In this document: positions 25,237 through 35,480 of the stretch, one piece after another
Numbering within the stretch: position 1 is the first letter of the stretch
Layout of the letters: every line of letters starts with the position of its first letter
From: Lama guanicoe
Taxonomy: Eukaryota
Assembly (NCBI GenBank): GCA_013239625.1
Contig: MU053881.1
Span: 372,001-436,000, forward strand
Reading direction: 5' to 3'
Length of the DNA: 64,000 nt
Notes under the pieces: generated by a model
What the model was told of the DNA's origin: nothing
Databases searched by the model: none
The model's input: the letters and a program-made list of their open reading frames with translations, nothing else
Program-made: the position numbers and the translations under genes

Positions 25237-25614
25237 GTAAGGCAGCCCGTGGCCTCCCTGGCCCCTGACCACGGGGCTCGTGGGCGGTCCCTTGGTTGCA
25301 TCACCATTCAGGGCCCCTGCTCTGGGCAGGGACGCACTGTGCCCATGTGCGCTGGTTCTGGGAGGGAGCAGGGAAGACCGTATCCCCCAGCTGGATGGCT
25401 GCTAACCCCCAGAGCACAGGACAGGGCCCAAGGAGCTGCAGGTTGGGGCCCCAGGGCCAGGCATCCCCCAGGCACAGTTTGAATTCTGTTGGACATCGTA
25501 AACCTAAACGATGCCTGACCCTAATGATGAATAATGATTAAGAAAAAGCCATCCTCCCAGGGCTCATGTGGGGATGGTGGAGCCCTGGGCTGGCCGTGGG
25601 TCTCTCTGCAGCTG

Positions 25615-25668
25615 GTGTGTGTGAGTGCACGTGTGAGTGCCTGTGTGCGCGTGTGTGTGCGCGTGTGT
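25615..25668. repeat. (TG/CG)n alternating purine-pyrimidine tract
   Basis: gtgtgtgtgagtgcacgtgtgagtgcctgtgtgcgcgtgtgtgtgcgcgtgtgt. Confidence 0.8.
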
Positions 25669-26061
25669 AATACACACCAGCATGAGGCCTCTTTTCTCCA
25701 GAACGCTGTTCATGTCTGTTCCCTCCAATAAGTCAATATTTCTGTCCAGTCATTTGTCGGATGCAACAGATTTGCTTGTGGATTTGCTAAGGGGGCCTAC
25801 GTCCTGGGGCCGCCGCCTCCAGGAAGAGAAAATGCTGGAGAAGCAAGCAGTCCCCTGGCCTGGGCTGATCATCCCTGAGGCGCGGCCCTGTAGCTAGTGC
25901 TCTCTGGATCCAGGACATCCTGGTACCACGCTGGGAGGTCCCTGCTCAGCACACAGGAAGCCTGGCTCCTCGTCATGACAAGCTTTTCACAAAGGGACCC
26001 GCTCCCATGCTCAGGAAAATATTTTCTGCTAAAAATAAAACATTAGGGAGAAGGACTTTTT

Positions 26062-26221
26062 TGTTTTGTAGGTTTTTGTTTTGTTTGCTTTGGGTTTTTA
26101 GGTGGAGGAGGTAATTAGGTTTATTTATTTACTTATTTATTTTAATGGAGGTGCTGGGGATTGAACCCAGGCCCTCGTGCATGCTAAGCACACACTCTAC
26201 CACTGAGCTGTACCTGCCCCT
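26062..26221 (-). mobile_element. tRNA-derived SINE (camelid vic-1-like)
   Basis: Minus strand has A box AGCTCAGTGG and B box GGTTCAATCC plus A-rich tail. TSD gggagaagg(a/g)cttttt at 26046-26061 and 26222-26237, followed by aa (TTTT/AA L1 endonuclease site). Confidence 0.85.
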
Positions 26222-26552
26222 GGGAGAAGGGCTTTTTAATTATTTTGCTTTTGAATTATTAATACTTTCAATTTTGTCATTTTATTTTTTTGTATTTTGG
26301 AGCTAGTAACTTTTTGGAGGGGGATCTCTTCCATATCTAGTATTCTCCCCACCCACCCACACAAGAAGTTCAGCAGCCTGATGGATAAATCAGTCTGGGC
26401 TGCTCCCACCCCAGCAAGCTGTGTGACCCTGGACAGCTTTCGCACCCTCTCTGAGCCACACTGAAGTGGGGTAACAAGAGAAGCTACTTCCCAGGGTTGT
26501 GGTGAGAATTACTTGACTTGGCACAAGCAAAGCCCACAGGACTGCACTCAGT

Positions 26553-27068
26553 CAGTACTAGTTGTGTTCCCTTCTCATTGATGCTGTGACAAATCACCAC
26601 AAATCTGGTGACTGAGGGCAACACAAATATATCCTCTTACAACTCTGGAAGTAAGCAAGTCCAGAATCAGTTCCACTGGGCTAAAATCAAGGTGTTGGCA
26701 GAGCTGATTATTTCTGGAGGCTCTGAGGGAAAAATCCATTTCCTGGTCTTTTACGACGTCTAATGGCTGCCTATATTCCTTGGCTCGTGGTCCCTTCCTC
26801 CATCTTCGAAGTTCATGCCTCCAACGTCTGCTTTCACCATCATGTTGCCTTCTGTAGTCAAGTCTCCCTCTGTCTCCCTCTTATCAGGACACTTGTAATT
26901 GCATTTAGGGCCCACCTGGATAATCCAGGATACTCTTATCCTCTTATCTCCAGATTCTTAACTAAATCACATCTGCGGAGTCCGTTTTCACCATAGACAG
27001 TAACATATCCACAGGTCCTGGGAATTAGGAGCTGGACATCTCTAGGGCTATTATTCAGCCTACCACAC
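26553..27068 (-). mobile_element. MaLR solo LTR (MLT1D-like)
   Basis: gctgtgacaaatcaccacaaa...gggctaaaatcaaggtgttggcag...ttattcagcctaccaca. Confidence 0.8.
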
Positions 27069-27489
27069 TATTATTGTGATGACTGTTGTCATTTGCCAAT
27101 GGAACTTGGGCAATAAAATGTGTCAGAGGCATACTAGGGGAGGGGTGGGGGAGACTAGAGGCAGGAAGGGGAGTGAGAGCATTTCATTCACCCTTTCAGT
27201 CAACAGTATTTCTAGAGAGTCTGCTGTGTGCCAGTCAGCAATTCCGCTGTGGACATAAAATAAAGTCCCAGCCCTTCTGGAATGCCCTCAGAGAGAGACA
27301 CCTTCCATTCTGACTCACTTCTTCCTGTCCCTCCCTCCACCCAAAAAAAAAGCTGAGAAAATCCAAGAGAAGTTACCTCTGATGTATGAGCCCTGACTGG
27401 GACCGTCACAGCCTCTCACAGAAGACCTGAGTCTGCCCTCGGCTCCATCAGACTTCCCTGACAGGGCATGCTGGTAATGCAGTCAGCCT

Positions 27490-30400
27490 CTGGCTCCCTG
27501 AAACAAGCGAAAATAGAGACAGTCTCAGCAAAGAGACAGAACATGTAAGGAAGAGGCAAGTGGAAATCGTGTAACTGAAAAATGCAGTAACTGAAATAAA
27601 AAACTGAGTGGATGGGTTCAACAGCAGGATGGAGAGGACAGAGGAAAGAATCAGTGAGCTGGAAGGTAGAACTATAGAGATTAGACAGTCTGAACAATAG
27701 AGAGAAAACAGACTGAACCAGAGCCTCAGGGACCCATGGGGCTGTAAGAAAAGATCTAACACTCATGTCATCAGAGTCTGGGAAGGAGAGGAAAACTGGG
27801 TATGGTCAAAAAGCACTTGAAGAAGTAATGGCTGGAAAGTTCCCAGATGTGGAAAAGATATAAACCTACAGATCCAAGAAGCTGAGTGAATCCCAAATTG
27901 GATAAACCTAAAGAAATTATTTCCAAGACACATAGTCAAACCTCTAGAAACTAAAAAAAAAAAGGAACAAATCTTGAAAGCACAGAGAGAGAAATGACAC
28001 TTTATCTATAGGAGGAAAACAATTTAAATGACATCAAATTCCTCATCAGAAACCATAGTCAGAGGCAGTGGCACATTTTCAATGTGCTGAAAGAGAACAA
28101 CTGTGAACCCAGAATTCTACATCCAGTGAAGATATTATTCAGGAATTTACTATAGATAAATCAAAATGAAATTCTAAAAACTGTAACCCATAGGAAGACA
28201 AGAAAAAACAAAATACAGAACAAAAAGAAAACAATCAATCGATAGGCTTAAACTCTAACATGTCAATGCTAACATTAAATGTAAATGGTCTAAATACACC
28301 AAGTGAAAGACAGAGATTGGCAGAGTAAATTTAAAAGGTGACCCAACCATATGCTGTCTACAAGAAATTCATTTCAAATACAATTACATAGACAAGTTAA
28401 AAAGTAAAAGGATGGGGAGACATTAATCAAAGGAAAGCAGGAATGTCAATATTAATATCAGATAAAGTATACTTCAGAGGAAAAAAAATTTCCAGAGACA
28501 GAGAGGGACATTGTATAATAATAAAATGGTCAGCCTTAGCCATAAAGTTGCAATATTTATGGAGCAAAAACCAATAGAACTGAAAGGAGAAATAAACAGA
28601 TCCACAATCAGAGCTGGACACTTCAACACCCCTCTCTCAACAATTGATGGAACAATTATACAGAGTATCAGCACAGACACAGCAGAACTCACCAATGCCA
28701 TCAAACAACAGGATCTACAGAATGCTTATAGAACATTCCATACAACTATAGCAGAATACACATTTTTTTCTATTGCCCGCAGAAAATATACCAAGACAGA
28801 CCAAAACATGAGCTACATAAAACAAAGTGCAACAAATTAAAATAATTGAGATCACACCATGTTTGTTCTCTGATCACAGTGGAATCAAACTAGAAATAAT
28901 AACATAATAGGGAAATCTCCAAACAGAATTTGAACAACATACTTCTAAATAATCCATGAATTTAAAAAGAAGTTTCAAGGGAAATTAAAAAAAAATTGAG
29001 CAAAGGGAAAATACAATCATAATTTGTGGGATTGGCTAAAACAGGGCTGAGGAGGAATTTTACAGCACTGAATGCCTACATTAGAAAAAAGGGAAAATCT
29101 CAAATCAATTATCTTAAGTTCCCACCTCCAGAACCTAGAAAAAGAGGAGAGAAATAAACCCAAAGGCAGAAGAAGGCAAGAAATAAGAGCACAGAAGAGC
29201 AGGAATCAATAGAATGGAAAACAAAACAACAATTTTAAAAAGCTAGTTAGAGCTGGTTTTTTGAAAAGCACAATGAAATTGCCATCCTCTAGCAAAGAAC
29301 CTCTTGACAAAGAAAAATAGAAAACAGAAATTACTATTACCAGGAGTAAAACAGGATATCACCACAGTCTGTCAACACCAAAAGACTAGTAAGGAAATAC
29401 TATGAACAGCTCTATGCATGTAAATTTGACAATTTAAAGGAAGTGGACTAATCCCTTAAAAAACACAGACTACCACAACTCAACATAAAGTAGACAATTT
29501 GAACAGCCCTATGACTATTAAGGAAATTAAATTATTTATTTAAAAAAACACCCCAAAATGAAATGTCTGAGCCCAGATGGTTACTCTAGGGAAGTCTACC
29601 AAACTTAATTCTACTTAAAGAAGAAGTAATACCAATTCTGCACAATCTCCTTGAGAAAAAAGAAGAAGGGGGAGTTTCCCAGTTCGTTTGATGAAGCTAG
29701 TATTTCCCTGATACCAAAACCAGACAAAGACAGCATAAATAAGTACAGTCCAATATCCTTCATGAATATAGATTTCAAAATCCTTTAGAAAGTTTAGCAA
29801 ATACAATGCAGCAATATATAAAAACAATCATGTATCGCAACCAAGAGGACTTACTCTGTAGATGCCAGGCTATTCAGTATTTGAAAATAAGTTACTATCA
29901 TCCACCATATTAACAGGCTAAAGGATAAAAATCACTAGATTGTGTCAATCAGTGGAGAAAAAGCATTTGACAAGTTTCAACACATATGCATGGTAAAAAC
30001 TCTCAGAACAATAAGAATAGAAGATAATTTATCAACTTGATAAAATTGCATCTAGAAAAACCCTTCAGCTAACATCATATTTAATGGTAAAATACTGAAT
30101 GCTTTCCCACTAAGATTGGTAACAACTCAAGGATGTCTACTCTCACCACTCTTACTAAACACTGGTGGAAGATCTAGTCAGTGTAATAAGACAAGAAAAG
30201 GAATAAAAGACATACATATCAACAAGGAATTAACACTGCTCCTATTTTCAGAAGATGTAAAAAATCCCAAGGGATCTATAAAAACTCCTAGAACCAAATG
30301 AGTTCAGCAAACATCTCAGAATACAAAGTAAACAAGCAAAAATCCTTTTATTTCTATATATTCACAACGAATATGTGGACAGCGAGTTAAAAATATAATA

Positions 30401-31559
30401 CTATTTAGAATCACTCAAAAAAGAAATACTTAGGTATAAATCTAATACAACATGTACAGGATTTGTGTGCTAAAAACTACACTATGCAGATGAAAGGAAT
30501 CAAAGAAGATCTAAATAAATGGAGAGACATGACATTTATGAATTGGAAGGTTCCAACATAACAAGGATATCAATTCTCCCCATTAAGGCCAGTTTTAATG
30601 AAATTCTTATCAAAATTCCAGCAAGATTTTTCTTTTTACAGATATAGACAAGATTACTCTAAAATTGCTATGGAAATAGAAACTAGAATAGCTGAAACAA
30701 TTTTGAAAAAGAAGAATAAAACGGAAGGAATCACTCTACCCAATATTAAAGCTGATATTATATAGTTACAGTGATTGAGTCGGTGTGACGCCGGTGGGGC
30801 AGACCACAGACACACCACACACACACACAGAACCACTGATACACACCACAGCATGGATGAATCTCCAGAGGGTTACAGAATGGAAAGAGCCGAACCCAAA
30901 AGGTTACATACTGTGCAATTCCATTTATATCACATGATCTATGTAGATCAGTGTAACAGAATGGAGAGCCCAGAAAGAAACCCACACAAATATGCCCATG
31001 GATTTTTGACAAAGGTGCAAAAGCAATTCAGTGGAGGAAAGGCAACTTTGCAACAAATAGTGCAGGTGCATTTGGACAGCCATAGGGCAAAAAATGAACT
31101 TCATGTCTTACACTTTACCCAAAAATTAACTCAAAATGGATCACTGGCTTGAGCATAAAATGTAAAACTATAAAGCTTTTAGAAAAAAAGCAAGAGAAAA
31201 TTATCAGGATGTAGAACCAGACAAAGAGTTTCCTGTAAAACTAAATATGCAACTACTATATGACTCAGCAGGTGCACTCTTGGGCATTTATTTATTCCAG
31301 AAAAATGAATGTTTACATGTTTACACACAACCCCATACACCAAGGTTTACAGAAGCTTAATTTGCTACGTCTAACACTGGAAGAGGTCCTTTAGTGGAAG
31401 AATGGTTAAACAAAGAATGGTATGGAGTACTAGTCAGCAACAAAAAGGAATGAACCACTGATACACGCTACAGCATGGATAAATCTCCAGAGAATTAGAG
31501 TGAAAAGAGCAAAACCCAAAAGGTTACATACTGTGCAATTCCATTTATATCACACTCTT
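27490..31559 (+). mobile_element. Old degenerate LINE-1 (L1M-type): ORF1 remnant, ORF2 EN/RT remnants and start of 3' end
   Basis: EN start (acattaaatgtaaatggtctaaat 28272), GHFNTPLS, RT remnant gaaaaagcatttgacaag (~29957); many stops and frameshifts; A-rich + strand. Confidence 0.9.
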
Positions 31560-33874
31560 TTTTTAACATTTTTTATTGATTTATAATCATTTTACAATGT
31601 TGTGTCAAATTCCAGTGTTCAGCACAATTTTTCAGTCATTCTTGGACATATACACACTCATTGTCACATTTTTTCTCTGTGATTTATCATAACATTTTGT
31701 GTATATTTCCCTGTGCTATACAGTGTAATCTTGTTTATCTATTCTACAATTTTGAAATCCCAGTCTATCCCTTCCCACCCTCTACCCCCCTGGTAACCAC
31801 AAGTCTGTATTCTCTGTCCATGAGTCTTTAGATTCCACATATGAGCGATCTCATATGGTATTTTTCTTTCTCTTTCTGGCTTACTTCACTTAGAATGACA
31901 TTCTCTAGGAGCATCCATGTTGCTGCAAATGGCGTTATGTTGTCGGTTTTTATGGCTGAGTAGTATTCCATTGTATAAATATACCACATCTTCTTTATCC
32001 AGTCACCTATTGATGGACATTTAGGCTGTTTCCATTTTTTGGCTATTGTAAATAGTGCTGCTATGAACATTGGAGTGCAGGTGTCATCCTGAAGTAGATT
32101 TCCTTCTGGATACAAGCCCAGGAGTGGGATTCCTGGGTCATATGGTAAGTCTATTCCTAGTCTTTTGAGGAATCTCCACACTGTTTTCCATAGTGGCTGC
32201 ACCAAACTGCATTCCCACCAGCAGTGTAGGAGGGTTCCCCTTTCTCCACAGCCTCTCCAGCATTTGTCATTTTTGGATTTTTGAATGACGGCCATTCTGA
32301 CTGGTGTGAGGTGATACCTCATTGTAGTTTTGATTTGCATTTCTCTGATAATTAGTGATATTGAGCATTTTTTCATGTGCTTTTTGATCATTTGTATGTC
32401 TTCCTTGGAGAATTGCTTGTTTAGGTCTTCTGCCCATTTTTGGATTGGGTTGTTTATTTTTTTCTTATTGAGTCGTATGAGCTGCTTATATATTTTGGAG
32501 ATCAAGCCTTTGTCGGTTTCACTTGCAAAAATTTTCTCCCATTCCGTAGGTTTTCTTCTTGTTTTATTTCTGGTTTCCTTTGCTCTGCAGAAGCTTGTAA
32601 GTTTCATTAGGTCCCATTTGTTTATTCTTGCTTTTATTTCTTCTAGGAGAAAATTTTTGAAATGTATGTCAGATAATGTTTTGCCTATGTTTTCCTCTAG
32701 GAGGTTTATTGTATCTTGTCTTATGTTTAAGTCTTTAATCCATTTTGAGTTGATTTTTGTATATGGTGTAAGGGTGTGTTCTAGCTTCATTGTTTTACAT
32801 GCTGCTGTCCAGTTTTCCCAACACCATTTGCTGAAGAGACTGTCTTTATTCCATTGTATATTCTTGCCTCCTTTGTCGAAGATGAGTTGACCAAAAGTTT
32901 GTGGGTTCATTTCTGGGCTCTCTATTCTGTTCCATTGGTCTATATGTCTGTTTTGGTACCAATACCATGCTGTCTTGATGACTGTAGCTCTATAGTATTG
33001 TCTGAAGTCTGGGAGAGTTATTCCTCCAGCCTCTTTCTTTCTCTTCAGTAATGCTTTAGCAATTCTAGGTCTTTGATGGTTCCATATAAATTTTATTATG
33101 ATTTGTTCTAGTTCTGTGAAATATGTCCTGGGTAATTGGATAGGGATTGCATTAAATCTGTAGATTGCCTTGGGCAGTGTGACCATTTTAACAATATTGA
33201 TTCTTCCAATCCAAGAGCATGGAATATCTTTCCATTTTTTAAAGTCTTCTTTAATTTCCTTCATCAATGGTTTATAGTTTTCTGTGTATAATTCTTTCAC
33301 CTCCTTGGTTAGATTTATTCCCAGATATTTTATTACTTTGGGTGCTATTTTAAAGGGGATTGTTTCTTTACTTTCTTTTTCTGTTGATTTATCGTTAGTG
33401 TAAAGAAATGCAACTGATTTTTGAACATTAATTTTGTAACCTGCTACCTTGCTGAATTCTTCGATCAGCTCTAGTAGCTTTTTTGTGGACCTTTTAGGGT
33501 TTTCTATATATAGTAACATGTCGTCAGCATATAATGACACTTTTACCTCTTCTTTTCCAATTTGGATCCCTTTTATTTCTTTCTCTTGCCTGATTGCTGT
33601 GGCTAGGACTTCCAGGACTATATTGAATAGGAGTGGTGATAGTGGGCATCCTTGTCTTGTCCCAGATTTTAGTGGGAAGCTTTTGAGTTTTTCACCGTTG
33701 AGAACTATGCTGGCTATAGGTTTGTCATATATAGCTTTTATTATGTTGAGATATGTTCCCTCTATACCCACTTTGGCGAGAGTTTTTATCATAAATGGGT
33801 GTTGAATTTTATCAAATGCTTTTTCTGCATCAATTGAGATGATCATGTGGTTTTTGTCCTTTCTCTTGTTGATG
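31560..33874 (-). mobile_element. Young 5'-truncated LINE-1 (part of RT, C-terminal ORF2, 3'UTR, short polyA)
   Basis: Uninterrupted 672-aa ORF 33846-31828 with QGCPLSP, YADD (33531-33520) and CWRGC...HCWWEC motifs. AATAAA on minus at 31577-31572. Perfect 17-bp TSD atttatatcacactctt at 31543-31559 and 33875-33891. Confidence 0.97.
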
Positions 33875-33891
33875 ATTTATATCACACTCTT

Positions 33892-34186
33892 GAAATGACA
33901 AAATACAGACATGGGGAGCAGATTAATGGTGGCTGGGGGCTAAGAAGGGGGAGGGGACAGGAGGGCAGTGGGTGTGGCTATAAAAGGGCCGCATGAGAGA
34001 TCCTTGTGGTGAAGGAATGTTCATGTCTTGACGGTCGAGGCCAATATCCTGATGAGGACTCTGTCCTGTAGTTTGGCAGGTGGGTACCACTGGGGAAAAC
34101 TGAGTAAAAGGCACACAGATCTCTGTATTACGCCTTACAATTGTGTGTGAATCTACAATTGTCTTCCCACAATAACTTAATTTAAA
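33892..34186 (+). mobile_element. 3'UTR continuation of the old L1, split by the young L1
   Basis: gaaatgacaaaatacagacatgg...agattaatggtggctgggg continues the L1M 3'UTR across the TSD. Confidence 0.8.
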
Positions 34187-34257
34187 GCAGGTGAGACTCG
34201 GGGAGCAGAACAGATTATTGTCATGGATGGCCTAATTTCAGTTCATCTTCTGACTAG

Positions 34258-34330
34258 GTCTTTATCTGGCTTCTTATGAAAGTGAGAGCCCAGAGAACCA
34301 AACAGAAAAAGAGAGGTGGAAATCTCTAAG
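34258..34330 (+). CDS. RASGEF1C: RASGEF1C exon 13
   Basis: gactag|GT, (G)LYLASYESESPENQTEKERWKSL(R), phase-2 AG|gtgagt. Confidence 0.95.
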
Positions 34331-34767
34331 GTGAGTCTGGGTGCCGAGACGGGGAGGAGGGGCGGGATGGGGTGCTTGGGGCTGGGAGAGAGCCCAGAGG
34401 CTTCACCCATCCCCAAGTTGTCAGCCTTCTGGGAGCCCTACCATGGGGAGGGGCCAGGTCAGACCAGGGTCTTAGAGGTGGGGGAGGAACTCAAGGGCTA
34501 GGGGAGAGAGAAGAGGCTTCGACCATAACCCTCCGTGGCTTGAGGCTGGTCGAGATGTGTGTCCCAAGGACCCCAGTCCATACTCATGACAAAAAGTGAG
34601 ACCCGCACCGCTTCCTGCCGGTTCAGCCTGTTGACACAGCCGAGCGGAGGCAGGAATGATGGGCAGCTGCGGGCTCTGAGGACCGAGCCAATAAGCTGGC
34701 ACGCGCCCCTCTGGGGTGGGGCGAGGCCAGCGGGCGCTCACCACCCTCGGGGTGTCTAAATCTGCAG

Positions 34768-34792
34768 GTCTTCTATTCTGGGGAAGACGTGA
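34768..34792 (+). CDS. RASGEF1C: RASGEF1C last exon, coding part
   Basis: ctgcag|G TCT TCT ATT CTG GGG AAG ACG TGA = (R)SSILGKT*. Confidence 0.93.
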
Positions 34793-35420
34793 GAAGCGCT
34801 GAGCTGGAGGGAAAGGAGGAGGAGAAGGAGGAGAGGGAGCCAGCAGCAGCCTTCGGCAGCCCGGCCCCAGCCAGCCCAGCGGGAGGTGGAGCCATCCGTG
34901 CCTCACTGCTTTGCAAACTGTGACCCTGTGGCCTGGCGCCTGCCGCAGTGACCACACAGCACAGGAGACCTTTCTCCACCTTTTGCGGAACCTCAGCTGT
35001 GGCCGGGCCCAGGGCCTCCGGACGTGTGGAGGGCACGTGCCTTGGGAGCCCTGCCTTCAGGACGGTGATGGTCACATTGCTGGTCAGTCTGTCCATCCTC
35101 ACCGACGACTCAGGGGGTTGGGCGATGCAGTCTCACTTCCACTGGGTGACTCGTGCTGTGGTGGTGGACAACTGGTCTGTCGCCAGGTGGCCTGGGAGCC
35201 TCTGCACCTCCAGCAGACATCACGGTGATGTACGAAGGACCAGAGCCCACCAGTGGCCCCTGCCGTTCTGCCGACGGACCCTATCCTGCCCCTTGAGATG
35301 GGCTGGTTTCTGTAGCCCTGTGCACACCTTTCCGGATCCTGCTGGTATCAGGAGAAAGCTTCCTGGTGACAGCTATGACACCGGTCAGCAGGAAGAGTGT
35401 GCGTCACAGACTTGACAGTG

Positions 35421-35480
35421 TGTACAGTATATTGTAAATTTTAAAGTTGGTATAAAGACATTGGTACACCCTGTATAGCC
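35421..35480 (+). terminator. Probable RASGEF1C cleavage/polyadenylation region with variant signal TATAAA (35451-35456)
   Basis: AT-rich patch ~650 nt after the stop, with TGTA motifs at 35421 and 35433; no AATAAA seen nearby. Confidence 0.55.

Larger units (their letters stand above)
2646..34792 (+). other. RASGEF1C: RASGEF1C gene, ATG-to-stop span; RasGEF domain family member 1C (REM + CDC25-homology domains), 466 aa
   Basis: Exon lengths 177+123+138+201+75+90+103+80+96+96+124+73+25 = 1401 nt. Frame is kept across all GT-AG junctions. Spliced protein MPQTLSTSDMVTPG...RSSILGKT* matches recalled RASGEF1C; synteny with RNF130 as in human. Confidence 0.97.

Noticed and set aside
26150..26221. 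tRNA gene
   Set aside because: A/B boxes belong to a SINE head with tail and TSD; no intact cloverleaf
31828..33846. 672-aa ORF as a host gene or autonomous retroelement
   Set aside because: It is the truncated ORF2 of an L1 lacking promoter, ORF1, EN and the start of RT
34331..34767. U12-type intron suggested by the poor polypyrimidine tract
   Set aside because: Donor is gtgagt, not RTATCCTT, and no TCCTTAAC branch site is present
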